This document shows positions 1 to 12,296 of a DNA stretch of 64,000 bases, piece after piece. The translations under genes were made by a program, and so were the position numbers. How positions within the stretch are numbered: the stretch's first letter is position 1; each line of letters begins with the position of its first letter. Origin of the DNA: Neodothiora populina (taxonomy: Eukaryota); NCBI RefSeq assembly GCF_041146345.1, contig NW_027191405.1, positions 1 to 64,000 on the forward strand. Reading direction: 5' to 3'. Below the pieces are notes generated by a model that was given only the letters and a program-made list of their open reading frames with translations, did not search any database and was not told the DNA's origin.

Positions 1-306
1 ATAGGCAGCTATCCCTTTATAACAACAGGAGGGTAGCGATTAAGGAATAAGGGGCGTTAAGCATTATATTGTTCTTCTTTTATCATCCGTGAGGCTAAGC
101 AACAGGCAAGAAAACAAGGGAATGACATTGGACAGCTCATACGGACGACAAGACCGTGAATAGCTTGATAGATCAATCAATCAATTAATCAATCAATACT
201 GGGTAGGATTGATTCCACGCGCAGGAACAACACGACAGCGTTGTCTATAGACTAATTGGTGGTTGAGAGAGGTTTCTTTTCAGCGGTGCGTAATCCGTGT
301 TTAACT

Positions 307-2080
307 TCAATAATAGCGTCCCTGCTGCAACCAATCACACCTCACATTGGCTGCAGGATCTGCTCCTAGATCAAAAGTCGTTCCATTCATTACCATCATC
401 GTCGCATTATGTCCGTATCTAGGCAGATATGGCAGACTTTTGCTATTAGGATGTCCAGTCAACGCAAACTCGGTTATATAACCCTGCAAGACCAGCGCGG
501 TTCGAGGATGAATGACACCACCAAAGGCGGAAGCTGCTGCACTCGGCTGCGGTTCTCCGTTGCCAGTGTAGAATGAATATGGTACATCTGCGGAGTGTAT
601 ACCGGAAGATGTCGAGAAGAGATATGAATGTGCGCTCTTTGAAAATGCCTTGCTTGCGTAGTAGGCATTACAGGTGAACAGCAGCTCGCTGTTGAAAAGT
701 GCAGCGCGGCCGACCTGACTAGTATAACTAGTCTTAGAGGAGTCGTTGAAGATGGGTGGATATAATGTCTCAGTGAGATAGCTCAAAATCTCCGGGAACG
801 CGGTTACGTCAGGCAAACTTCGTTTGACCAGTGCTTCAAATTCAGAATTGTTCTGTTGAAATGGGGAGGTAAAAAGTATCCCTTCCTCAGAGTTATGAGC
901 AGTCATGATGCGAAGATTATCATCGAAAAGCCCACGAGCAAGAAGGCGACCAGGAACATCGGGAATGAGATCACCATCAACACTCGGCCCAAAAATGAAA
1001 CGACCATATTCGCTTGAGCCGAGTGACATGACATTAGCAGTGTAGAGATCCGAATAGGACAGCTGCCGTGCTTCGTCGATAGTGGAAACATTCAAATTGG
1101 AAAGGTAAGTCTTCGCGATCTGCTCTTGCTGCTGTGATGACACATATGGCTCAAAGGCTGGACTCTGAAGAAGCGCTTGAGCGAAAGGTGCTCGACCCTG
1201 CCGTCCGCCAAAAGCAGTGATTTGGGCCAAGATACTACCACCGCCAGCACTTTCGCCAAATACGGTGACTCGATTTGGGTCACCGCCAAAGAGATGTATA
1301 TTGTCTTGAATCCATTTGAGCGCAAGGCGCTGATCGTACAATCCCGCGTTCGCGGTTCCATTACTCTGCACATCAAAGCCACCAAGGAAACCAAATGCGC
1401 CTAGACGGTAATTCAAGGAGACGAAGATGACCCCTTGACGACCCCCAGTGCGGCTACGAGCGAGCAAGCCCGAGGGACCCCCAGAGTCAGTCTTACTGCC
1501 GAGGGCGTAGCCTCCACCATGGATCCAGACAAGTACAGGTGCGCCATATCCATCGTCTCCAGTGTCCAGGATGTCTTTTGGTACGACAACGTCTAGAAAG
1601 AGACAATCTTCAGTCTCTCGAGGGTCTATCGAGGGCACTGAAGTGGATGAAATCGGGAACGAAGACGCATTGAAAATTGTCTGCCCAGCGAGATACTGCT
1701 GTACGAAGGGCCCTGAAACTTGGAGCCATGCAGCTGATGCCTGAGAGCAGATACGGCCTTGACTACCCGTTTCCACCACACTCCTATTGGATGCCGGAGG
1801 TTGAGGTAGTTGCCATCTCAGATTGCCTACTGGTGGTGCTCCGTACCTGATGTTGGAGAAATTGTAGAACTCGCCTGTAGACTGCAGTTCGCGTATGTAA
1901 GCCTTCAATATTCTGATCCGGGTCCAGCTGCAACTGAAGCTACGAACTTACGTTGTAGAACGCCGCTTGATGTCGAGCATAACCCAGATCTACGACTGGC
2001 AGAGTGTTGTTTGTGCTTTGTGCAGCGAAAGCCAAGCTGGGTACCAGAACAACGGCAACCAATGTCTTCGAGTAAATCAT
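307..2080 (-). CDS. Secreted carboxylesterase/lipase, type B (COesterase family); exons 2080-1952 and 1881-307
   Basis: ATG at 2080 gives a signal-peptide-like MIYSKTLVAVVLVPSLAFA followed by LPVVDLGY. Intron GTAAGT...CAG at 1951-1882 joins in frame to the 533-aa ORF. Motifs EDCLFLDV, WIHGGGY, GESAG (nucleophile Ser), EEG and GIHSAD (His) are present. Confidence 0.92.
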
Positions 2081-3419
2081 GGTAGTATCTTGGTTGGATG
2101 AATATCACTTTGACCCCTAGAGCGTGTGACTTTATACCTGCAGTCCAGACATGTAACCTCGGCGATCAGATAGTCACCCTGGGCCGAGCTAAGGCAGAGT
2201 ACTCTTGCCGATCGGCAATGTTCTCATTGATCGGATGGTTCATACGCATCAAAGTCAAACTAAGCTGGGATGCACACGACCTTCACTAGTGCCGCCCGCT
2301 CAGACTTGAAAGAAGTGAAGCTTTATGAGGGGATGGAAATAGCTCAAAAGCAAGTGTGGCAGGAAATGAATATTGATATTGAGCCCTAAGGCACCAAACC
2401 TGTGAGTATCGGGTCGGCAAGTAAAAGAGGCTAGTGCGAAGGTGATGTGGTGCGGTCGACTCGGGAGCTCGGGTATCTCGGGAAATTCAGCGAGCCCTAG
2501 ACACGGAAGGCACGTAAAACAAGCCCATGTCGAATAATCGTATGCGAAAGCTGGAGTTGGCACTAAAACGGAGGAAAATCTAGATCTTCTCGCCAACCCT
2601 AATGAGATCGACTAAAAACGCGAAGAAAATCCCTCTACATTGCAGAATAACAGATCTGAGCTCTGTTCTGTCACTGTCGCAGATCAGTTAGCACAACCTG
2701 ATATAGGCTTTCCGTTAAAAAGATACAAGGAGGATTTGATGTGGGAATGGAGTGAAAACGGGCTGCTTAAGTGCTAATACGTAACTTCGGAATATCTGCT
2801 AGAGCTCGCTGAGCTTGTACGACTTTTGACGAGCATGGCATAGTCAGAAGGTATATGCTTCAGACTGTAGACCTTCTCAAGGTTTGCACATCCTCGTATA
2901 TATGATAACAACAGCCTCTAAATAGCTTACAGGATCAGTCAACTAATCAGATCCAATTGCAGAGATCAGGTGACTCTAGCCATGAGTGACTTCAATTGAG
3001 ATTAGACATACTCCATAGGCCAACACTGTCTACTGCTATGAATTTGAAAGCAACGTGAGTGAGTGCGTGAGTACTATCAGATCTCTGCCTGATCTTCAAC
3101 TCAAAGGTCAGAAAACAGAAACACTGGGAGCATATGAAGTCGACTTTTGGTAAGTACGCTCTCATTTCAGGACCAAAGTCGGATTTCTAGCACATGACAT
3201 GTTGGTCCATATGGGTCAGATCGTGGGTCAAATGAACCTACCATAGAGCATTATGATACATGGCCGCTCAATAGCTTTAATATCCGGATGAGACCACTAA
3301 TCGTTATTGAAAATATTCCTGCCTTTTCATGGCGTAATCTAATATCACCAAATTACATATGGATCACGTTCCAATGCCAATACTGCCCCAGTACGCTGAT
3401 ATCATGGTACTTCCCCTTT

Positions 3420-4026
3420 TTACAGCTTGTTGAAAGCCCCAGATGCGAAAATGTCTCTTAGGGGGCTGTTTGGAAAATTCGTAAGACGATAGACGTCAAT
3501 GAATATCACAGAGTCGGTCTGGCTGAGGCATCCCACAGCAGTTGCACTATTAAGATGGTTGTAAGGACTAGCACCAGGTGCCTCTATCGTGATGTTTGTG
3601 AACCATTCAATGTGGTCCTGCGTAATAGTCGTAGGCATATCGGTCGGGGGTGTCGACGAGGAAGATGGCGACGTTGGGAGGGCAAATGTCCCAGCTGAAC
3701 GAATTGAAATGTAGTGATTGTCGTCTGTGCGAATGCTATAGCGAGCATCTAAGCGAGCAAACTACGACCTGTTAGTTATACACCCATGGAAGCTATAGCT
3801 GACCGGGTCAAGGTACATCAGATCCTGCGAGACTTGTAGCCCAATCAGCGCCCCCACTCGGCATGATATTCCCTCGGATATCTGGACCAGTGATTTTGCC
3901 TCCAATTATCGGCATGATGATTCGTGTGCTTGAACTACCCATAGGCCTGGGGATGACGATACGATCTGTAGGAGAACACATCTCAACCTCAAGTCTAAAG
4001 AGGTGGACAAGTGATGGGACTGTCAT
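3420..4026 (-). CDS. DUF3237/UPF0311-like beta-barrel protein; intron 3816-3762
   Basis: Joining ORFs 3808..4107 and 3420..3638 across a GT..ACTAAC..TAG intron gives MTVPSLVHLFRLEV...PIIGGKITGPDIRGNIMPSGGADW...ARLDARYSIRTDD...FIDVYRL, which matches the DUF3237 pattern. Confidence 0.8.
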
Positions 4027-4696
4027 TGGCGCGGCTGAGGGCGAGTACCCATTTCCAGGCGATGGTAAGGCCATAACTCGAGCGCTGCAGGCAATAAAGC
4101 CAATCAATTAAAAATTGAGGACAGGGAGACCCGTTTATAGTACTGCGCTGCCTGCGCCTACATAGCGGAGACCGAGGTAATGCTGCGGTTAGCAGGCAAT
4201 GACGTATCCGTGAAGCTCCCGACTACCTTATCCTAGAGCCAGTGAGAGTTGTTGTGGCTCGGCAATCATTTGGCGTTTATAAGCTTTTGCGCCCGAGTGC
4301 GAATCTGGGCTCATTAGTCTGACATATAATCTCATGTGAGAACAAAAGCGCGCATTGATCAAATTCTATATGGTACCAATGGTACCGTTTGGACGATCTT
4401 CCTAAGTTAGAGATTCTACGTGAATGCATATCCCTCAAGAAGCGGCTGAGCAGCAGGCTCGGCCCGGCAACCGTCCAGACAGGACCGTTTAGCTACTTAT
4501 AGCATGCCATTCAAGCCTTACATGCGCGCTAGTGTTCATGCATCTAATTAGTGAGGGGCACTTTTAAGCATGTACAACATCATAGCGGCCCAGGACAATT
4601 TTCAATCAGCAAGTGAAGAAGATTATCTGCATAATGATATGATTCTTGTCCTATATAACACCCCTTAGATTATTGGAAAGTGTGCGATCAACGGGA

Positions 4697-5278
4697 TCAG
4701 AATGTCACTGCATCTTCCTTGATCGGTATCAGGTCGCCCTTCCCCTTAAAGACTTCATTGATATCAGCCTGCTCTGACAACATAAAACGATCTGTCTGTG
4801 TTCCAAGTTCTGCCAGTTTTCTCCATCGCGCGAAGTCCTCAGGGTTGCGCTTGTCGCCGTGCGCTTGCTCAGGGTTCTCCCAGTGTCCTTTAGAGAATCC
4901 TAAGAGAGTCGAGATCTTCTTGTTCGGAATGTCATAAACTAGAGAGCAGATAGTCCCAGTTTCTTCTAGCCAGTTGCACTGCCATAGTTCATTGGGACGG
5001 ATGCACTGGTAGGTGCATGTCTGGTAATTAATGCGCCCAGCCATGGGTCCTCCGTGGATTGCCTGCATGAGTTAGATCGTTGTTTTTAATAGAAAAGCGG
5101 TCCCACTTACATAAACTATGCGATTCTCTGAAATGAACCACATCTCATAACGCCACTTTTCGGGCGCACCAGTCTTGGGATTCGCAGCGTCGTAATCGTA
5201 GATAAGATGCGTATCGAGGATATCATCCTTGAAGGTAGGATGGAGACGAGTGTTGGTAAGAAAAGAAGGCAACTGCAT
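4697..5278 (-). CDS. pad: Cofactor-free phenolic acid (ferulate/p-coumarate) decarboxylase, PadC-like; intron 5110-5063
   Basis: Spliced protein ...HLIYDYD...WRYEMWF...IVY|AIHGGPMAGR...WQCNWLEETGT... carries the YxY pair, IHGGxxAGR and WxEETGT motifs of the PA_decarbox family. Confidence 0.9.
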
Positions 5279-5452
5279 GTTGATTGAGATCAATTGGATG
5301 GAATGAGGAGTTATTGGTCTGTTGGTTCTGAGATGCTGTGTCCCGCTGTGCTGAGCTGGACTATATATAACACCTAGCGCACGTTGCTGAGCACGTTACC
5401 TTTATCATGGCTGCAGGTCTCGAACCTTCCGGTCCGTGAAACCGATCGTACC

Positions 5453-5566
5453 ATACCGTAGCTTCGGTAAGGCCGCGCCCTTCCGAGCAACAGACAGGCA
5501 GATGACGACACACAGCTATGATGCTGAGATACCGTAGCCTCGGTCACCAATTAGCGCTAACCTCGG
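5453..5566. promoter_or_regulatory. Duplicated ATACCGTAGCYTCGGT (CCG-N6-CGG) element and CCTCGG sites in the pad/esterase bidirectional promoter
   Basis: Near-identical 16-mers at 5453-5468 and 5529-5544, plus CCTCGG at 5538-5543 and 5561-5566. CGG triplets are typical of Zn2Cys6 binding sites. Confidence 0.5.
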
Positions 5567-5768
5567 TCATACATAACGGATCTCAATTCGGGAAGCCCGA
5601 GCTTGCTGGGTAACCAAACGACTCAGCGGCTTTCGCCAGCGGGCCGGTGCCAAGCAGGGCGTGAAATATAAGGATCACCATTGCTGTGTACAATACCCTC
5701 GCGAACAGACCTCTGCAGAATCTCTCTTTCTGATAGTTCCTGAGTGATCTTTGCCATTAATCAACAAC

Positions 5769-6659
5769 ATGAGTTTTATTACGCAGATTCGCAACAAGGT
5801 GCTTGTCACAGTGGTCCGGTGGGTTGCTGGCTCGAGCGTCGGCGCAAGCAACAACTCAACTCATCAGGACGAGACACGCTATGTCCAATCTCGAGAAACT
5901 GATCGGACCATCAAAGTCCATGTGTACAAACCGAGCGATGTTCTTGAGCCATCACCAGTGCTCATTAATTTTCACGGAAGCGGTTTTGTCATGTACATGC
6001 ATGGCACTGATGATGAGTATGCTCTACGCGTAGCGAGAGATACGCATTGCACTGTTCTGGACGTACAATACCGTCTTGCCCCTGAGCATCCCTATCCGGC
6101 TGCTCTTCACGACGCGGAAGATGTCATCCGCTATGTACTCGCTAGACCACAGGAGTTCGACGCTGGTTCTATCGCCATCTCCGGGTTCAGCGCCGGTGGC
6201 AACTTCGCTCTAGGTCTCAGCGGTCATGTTTTCCCACAGAACACATTTCGACATGTTCTTGCTTTCTATCCACCTACTGACCTCGCTAAAGATCCTCGCA
6301 CGAAGGTTGCGCCAGACACATCTGGAGAGCCTCTCGCTACATGGATGACTGACATCTTCAACGACTGTTACATTCCTGAAGGGACTGACAAGAAAGAGCC
6401 ATTGATCTCTCCCTATTATATCGCTGGGGACAAATTTCCTGCGAGCATGTTCTTTATAACGTGCGCGCAAGACAACCTAGCACCCGAGACAGAGGAGCTC
6501 GTGGACAACATAAAGCGCTCTCCAGGAAAACATGTCGTTCATCGCCGAGTAGAATTATGTGGTCATGCTTGGGACAAGTCATACAAGCCTGGAACTCCTC
6601 AAGAGAAAGCTAAAGATGATGCATATACACTAGCTGTTGAATTTCTGAATAAGAAGTAG
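5769..6659 (+). CDS. Alpha/beta hydrolase, HSL (Abhydrolase_3) family esterase
   Basis: Intronless ORF with HGSGF oxyanion motif, YRLAPEHPYP, GFSAG nucleophile motif, QDNL (Asp) and GHAW (His). Confidence 0.88.
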   Translation: MSFITQIRNKVLVTVVRWVAGSSVGASNNSTHQDETRYVQSRETDRTIKVHVYKPSDVLEPSPVLINFHGSGFVMYMHGTDDEYALRVARDTHCTVLDVQYRLAPEHPYPAALHDAEDVIRYVLARPQEFDAGSIAISGFSAGGNFALGLSGHVFPQNTFRHVLAFYPPTDLAKDPRTKVAPDTSGEPLATWMTDIFNDCYIPEGTDKKEPLISPYYIAGDKFPASMFFITCAQDNLAPETEELVDNIKRSPGKHVVHRRVELCGHAWDKSYKPGTPQEKAKDDAYTLAVEFLNKK

Positions 6660-7798
6660 AACTCCCCAGGTTGATAGTGTAACTGGGCACCGGAAAACAT
6701 CAGCACAATGGGGATTGACATCATCACTCTGGATTCAATGTTGAGCTAGGCGTCTGCGAGCTCCAATCCGAAGCTGATGGCTATGGATCTCGGTGGTGAA
6801 TGTCCGTTGTAGGCGCAGGGGCGATGATGCAGGGCAAAAGCAGGAGATTGTAGTATGATGATGGATATCTCGGAATGATGGAGGAGTGGAGAAAAGCCCC
6901 ACTATATAGATGCAGGACAGTGCCGGTGTTGTGCCGGTTGTTTCCCGCATCGAGGCAGGTGCTTTCCTGACACCGTGTCTGCCAACCTCAGACACGTATC
7001 GTACAGGATTTAAGACTTTAGTTACAACTATGAAAGGAGCCCACCACCCCTTCCCCATGTGCAACAGCGAATTAACAGCGAATTCTTTGACCTTTGGCGA
7101 AGTTCTTTTCTCTGAGTGAAGCTATACGTTGCCACACCCCATTCCACCGATGTCGAGAAATGGAACACTCCAGGAATTGCTTAGACACGCCTCAACTATT
7201 TGTCCTACCACCGGGACTTTCTATCAATGCTATCTGAACCCCAATTTATATGCCCACCACAAAACGGTCGTACACCTGAGAGTGTTTGACGTTGCGATGG
7301 GTCATGTGTCGTATGTCTTGTGATGTCTTGCTTGCGCATATTCTCCGCCTATAGTGTGCAAAGAGGTGTAGAGGGCCGTCACGTGTCTGCTACATCTGAG
7401 ACAGGTCGCTTCAGGTACGATCTTAGGAACGTAACCTTTTCAGAATACGTTGATTTGCATTTGGTCTTCATGTCTGAACCTCTTCGACTAGTCAGTTGGA
7501 AGAATTGTGTGAATCACGCAGGAGATGGGGATATTTCTGCGAGAAAAATCATGTTCTAGAAATCAGTGCTACGTGTCGACGCTTTTATCGGAAGCGCACG
7601 CTTACTAATCGGGTCATCTGGGTAATACTTCCTCCAAATGCAGGCTAGCGTAGGAGCCCAATCAATAAATTGGGTCCTCCAGCGTGTAATTGCTAGCTTC
7701 AATCTAGCGATCAATCGAATCTGGAGTGCAGAACAGGCTTGTCCTCCCGACTCTGTACCTTGTCTATATTGCGTGTACTTGGACCAGTACTCTGATCC

Positions 7799-8040
7799 AT
7801 CGTAGGATCTGCCTTTGTTGGAGTCGCTCTGTCGCACAATGGCTCTGCCACAATCATTACACTCACCATCACGCCATGGGTTGCTGGTATCGGCCTCTAC
7901 GACACACCCGTCTCGGTAGCCTGCATCTCAGTGGCTATCTTGTTGACGACTGTGCCAATGACCATTTGAGGCAAAAATCTCAGACGGTGGACTGCCGCAA
8001 GATATAGCAAGATGGCGCTTCTCCAGCCCGAGTATAGGGG
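7799..8040 (+). pseudogene. C-terminal relic of an MFS transporter
   Basis: Hand translation from 7799 gives IVGSAFVGVALSHNGSATIITLTITPWVAGIGLYDT...TVPMTI*GKNLRRWTAARYSKMA, resembling fungal MFS C-termini (IWGKxLRRWT) with TGG changed to TGA. No N-terminal part was found. Confidence 0.6.
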
Positions 8041-8569
8041 CGTTTGGTATTTCTATCGGTCCTTTGTGTGTCAAGTCTTGAGGACCCCTATGCACGCCTG
8101 AGTATCTTCTGTACCTTCTGAAGGCTCAAAGGTTCACTTGACAATACTGCTCTAGCTGCAAAGGTATTATATTCCACAACTGAACTATACTCACTCATAT
8201 ATGATATTACGCAACAGACAGGATCAAGACTCTGTCAGAAATGGAGAAGAATGTGGATCAAGACTACTTGTGCAATGTTTCAAGTTTGCCGCTGTCTTTA
8301 AATGGACCTCAAGATTTATAAAGACTAGTATGATGGCTGGTAGTGAAATTATCACTCGCCTGATAGACCAGCTACTATGGTTAAGCTCTTTTGAAACATG
8401 CTCAGATCAGCAAACAACCATAAATTCCAGACAAATCCAGCTTCGAGAACTGGACCAAGATTGACACCGAGGTAATTCAGGCCGATCTAAGACGAGGGAG
8501 CACTTCTTCCCCTCTACAACTACTATATCGGTAACACCTAGCTACTAATCTGTTTGCGATCGATATATG

Positions 8570-9904
8570 AGCGGATACTCACAACTAGCTCTTAAAACAT
8601 CATCGACAGTCTCCACAACATGAAGACACTCTGCATCCTTCAAACAGCGAGTGATGAGCTGTATAGCGTAAGGTGCGTTGTGGTTAACCATGGGATCATC
8701 TGATTTGCTTGTCGATATCTTGTGGTTACCGAGGCGATCAAATGACTGATATCTACATTTTGGTCCTTTTGCTGGAGGAGATGGCGCAAAAGGTTTAGGA
8801 TCGAGATCTTGAGACGACTTGGAAAAGGGTAGTACGATGGCCGGAAAGTAGTTGATGTCAGGTCTTCATTCTCTCGGTCAATGCTATCGCATCACCTACA
8901 TCCAGTAGATTCCGGTTTGTCATGTAAGGTATGAAATTGTAAGTATCATGTTCGACGGCAGTGTTTTGAGACGGCGGTGTCAGAAGCACATCAAGAGCGT
9001 TATCGACAAAGATGTGTCGCCAGCCATCAATCTTCTCCTCACGCTGTCTATCCATGGCAGCGAGATCGTTCAAAGTAATTTCTGGCTGTGCGACCTCGCT
9101 ACTAAGGGTGTTCATTTTCTTAAGGCAATTTATCATTGGCTCCTCACTTTCTTCGATAGCCTTGAGTGTCATTTTTGTTGGATCAGTGCGGTAATACTCG
9201 AATGTCAGGTCGTTTGCCGTTCGGATGCTGCTGTTTGAGCCATGAGGAACATTGGCAATGGTGTATCCGGCTTGTTTGAGCTTTGCAGCCGCTTCGGAAA
9301 GTGCACGCCGGACGGGAGCATGGAGAGGAACGTCGGATCTTCCGCTAAAAAACCAATTGTCAAAGTCCGGGATTGTGCATTAACGACCTCGAATCTCCAA
9401 GGCACAGCATCAGCAGTAGAGTCATGATTGCTAGGATTGGCTGCGAGTACACTCTCCATTAACTACTCCATGTCCTCGAGATTGTTGCTGAGAGGACCAG
9501 CACAGCCTCGAATCGGAGAATACCCTCCGAGGGCACTGACAGTTTGTCGTCCATATGGAATTCGAAATGAGTACTGACTCCAAGAGGTGAGCCACGGAAG
9601 GCCACAAGCGCTGCTTCGCCACCGCTAGACCCGCCGGTCGTGGAGCTAAGGTTGAGAGGATTGAGTGTGCGGCCAAACACGTTCTCACTGTCACGTATCT
9701 AATCTATCCGTCAACTTCGCTCGACTGGAAAACCTTGTCTGCCTTACTATGAGAGTCTGCAGTATGTTCGTTTCGACATACAAGACCGCTCCCTATTCCA
9801 AGAGGACATCCACTAAAGATGAACTGTAGATGGAAGTGACGTTTGAGGAATGACACAAATCCAATTGTGCTAGAAATACACTCTGTGTTGAAGCTGTCCT
9901 GCAC
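8570..9904 (-). pseudogene. Amidase-signature family pseudogene
   Basis: Colinear fragments QDSFN..STIGFVSF, FGRTLNPLNLSSTTGGSSGGEAALVAFRGSPLGV, LDVLLTPP..HDTY and APYAIQLITRCLKDAECL. The catalytic GTDxxGSIR segment and the N-terminus are missing, and frames are broken. Confidence 0.8.
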
Positions 9905-9948
9905 CGAAGGTATGGTTAATGGATGTTGTCAACGTACGCACCTTAATG

Positions 9949-11277
9949 CTAGTGGGGAGTCCATGTAAAAACACGACGGGCTTGCGGCATACCATCTCCT
10001 GTGAAACCCATGATGCCAGACCAGATGCTTCTCGGTTCGGGCTTGGCAGACTCCCAGCCTTCGCGGAAAAGCCTAGGAAGTATTATGGCAATGTTGTTCT
10101 GTGCACATTCGGCAAACACACTGTCATCGCTTTCGAGCGTCTCATGAAGCTTCTGGACCTCGCCACCAACGTCAATGTCGTCGGTATCGGGGCTCTGCGT
10201 AATGTAGTAGAGCCCCGACGAGAACACGCCGGTCGTTGAATCGTAAGATCTCTTGTACCTGGCTGCCCACGATCTTTGCCTTTCCAGATTTGGGATCGTC
10301 CGACCAGGCTTCTGAGTCGACATCGTTCCGCGCAATGGAAAGAGCTTCGTTCGGAGGCTTGGAAGGAGATGGGAAGCAAAAGCGTTGGTGCAGTGTATTA
10401 CTTGCTTGGCCTTGATGATGCTACGAGGAGTGATCAGTAGGTACGGGTAGTCATCGTCGCCCATCCGAGATGTAAAGTTGACTTCGGTGACAGGAGTGTT
10501 GGTCTTAATTAATTGAGAATCGTCCTGAGTGATCCTTAAGCAACTTTTCCAAAATGCCAGTCACAAGACGGTACGGCTAGAGAGCACCTGCCTCTCGGTT
10601 CTCCAGGGTGGCAGCTCCGTCGCATAAAGCATGAGCCTAAAAATCCAAGATCGTCAGCAAATTGTGTGGAAACCGTCGACGAGATATGTACTAACCTTGA
10701 CTGCTTCGTTCCCTTCGATCAAGTGATAGTGCTTCTTCTACTCTGGCAGAGCCTCTTCGAACATAGCAATTGCTTCTTCGACATGTTTCAAAGTCGCCTC
10801 GTCTTTGATCAAGCCGATGCCCATGACATTTCGAAGCTGGCTGGTCTTGTTCATTCTCCACCCCGAGACTGGCGACGATCTCTCTCACTCGAGCTACACA
10901 ATGTAGACTGAACCTCACAAGCTTTGTCGCCTCCGGTAGACCAAGGTTTGCAGCATAGCCAGGGTATTTATAAAGACCGTCGGAGACTAAGTGTCCGCCC
11001 TTGCGTCCCGTCGCACAGCTCGTGAGTGTACGTGCTTCGAGTACTACGATAGACTTGTTGACAATGGAAGCGTCTTCCAGAAGCGACTTGGCTATGCTGC
11101 AAGCTGTGATGCCAGATCCGATGAATGCAAAGTCACCTGTTTGCGGTAGTTGCGGACTTTGGACATGGGCCACAGTAGGATGAGCGGGCTCTTGCCAGAA
11201 TGCAATGGTCGAGTTCGCACGTGGAAGCAGAGGGTCTGTTGACAGAGCCCCACGACTGTCAGGTCAAAGTCGGACAT
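9949..11277 (-). pseudogene. FAD-dependent oxidoreductase (DAO family) pseudogene
   Basis: IGSGITA, VVLEARTLTSCATGRKGGHL, VIHCTNAF..HLLP..PLRGTMS and WSGIMGFTGDGMP are split across frameshifted ORFs. The C-terminus is missing. Confidence 0.8.
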
Positions 11278-12296
11278 GTCAAATTGAGAGCTCGAGTTAT
11301 CCTTGTCTCTAGGTGCAGCTTACGAGGCAGCAAGATACTCGTCCATCTCTGCCATCAATAGTAATAGCTTCGACGGGTAGGTGATGGCGTCAAGGACAAC
11401 TCTAGGAGAACACTTCGCAGGAACAGAAGTGTTGATGTGAGAACTGGGAAGTGACACTCCGATATCAGCGTATGATTGGTAGATGATAGGCATGCGATTT
11501 TCAGTATCCAGGTCGAAACATGGCCTTGAGCCAGGCACCACCGAGCATAATATTGGGGAGAGACTGCTTTGCGCAACCCACTGTTTTTCCCCATACCTTC
11601 AGGCGATCATACGTCGGAGGAATGAGCCGGTTGGTATCTCCATACTGTACCGTGAGATTTCAGCATTCTTGGGAGGCAAACCATCCGGCGTGTCGACCTA
11701 CGAGGTACTGACGAGGCAACGACACGGGCCTCCCGGCTGGCAATCTGTACGTCGAAGCGTTTCTTCGAGAGCGGAACCGGAGGATTTGACGCCCTGTGAT
11801 TAGGCAGCGATAGCACAACAATGCCACACAGTGGAACATCCCAATCATGAGTCCCATTGTGGTAGGATCCTCACGACTTCCTCCTCAACTCTGTCCATAT
11901 TCTTGATCTTGCTTACCTCAAGCTTGTCTACCTCCTCAAGTTTTCAGTATTTTCTAGCTCTAGTACATATTGGGTGACAATGTCTGGGTCGGCGACATTC
12001 ACTGTCAGCGCAGTATTGCTAAGTAGTGGTGGAATCTAGTCCATTACCATTTGCTCCGAGCACCACAGGATAAGCGAGGTCACAGGGCCTTTTTCCCACG
12101 ATCACTTTGTACGCATATCGTATGAATGCATATATAACTAAAATCTAGTTATAGCGTGCTGGAGATCCACAGAGTCAATATACTGTAGTGAAGAGACACG
12201 CCTTGCATGTAGCCCTGGATTGAGTAAAGTTATCTTGATCAATATTATGTTCCTATGTCCCTATATCTTTCTTACTCGTGTCCACTTTCTTGAATC

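Noticed and set aside
1..80. TA-rich left edge suggestive of a RIP-mutated repeat
   Set aside because: Too short, with no recognisable transposon feature.
171..197. (ATCA)n short repeat downstream of the carboxylesterase
   Set aside because: Ordinary imperfect microsatellite.
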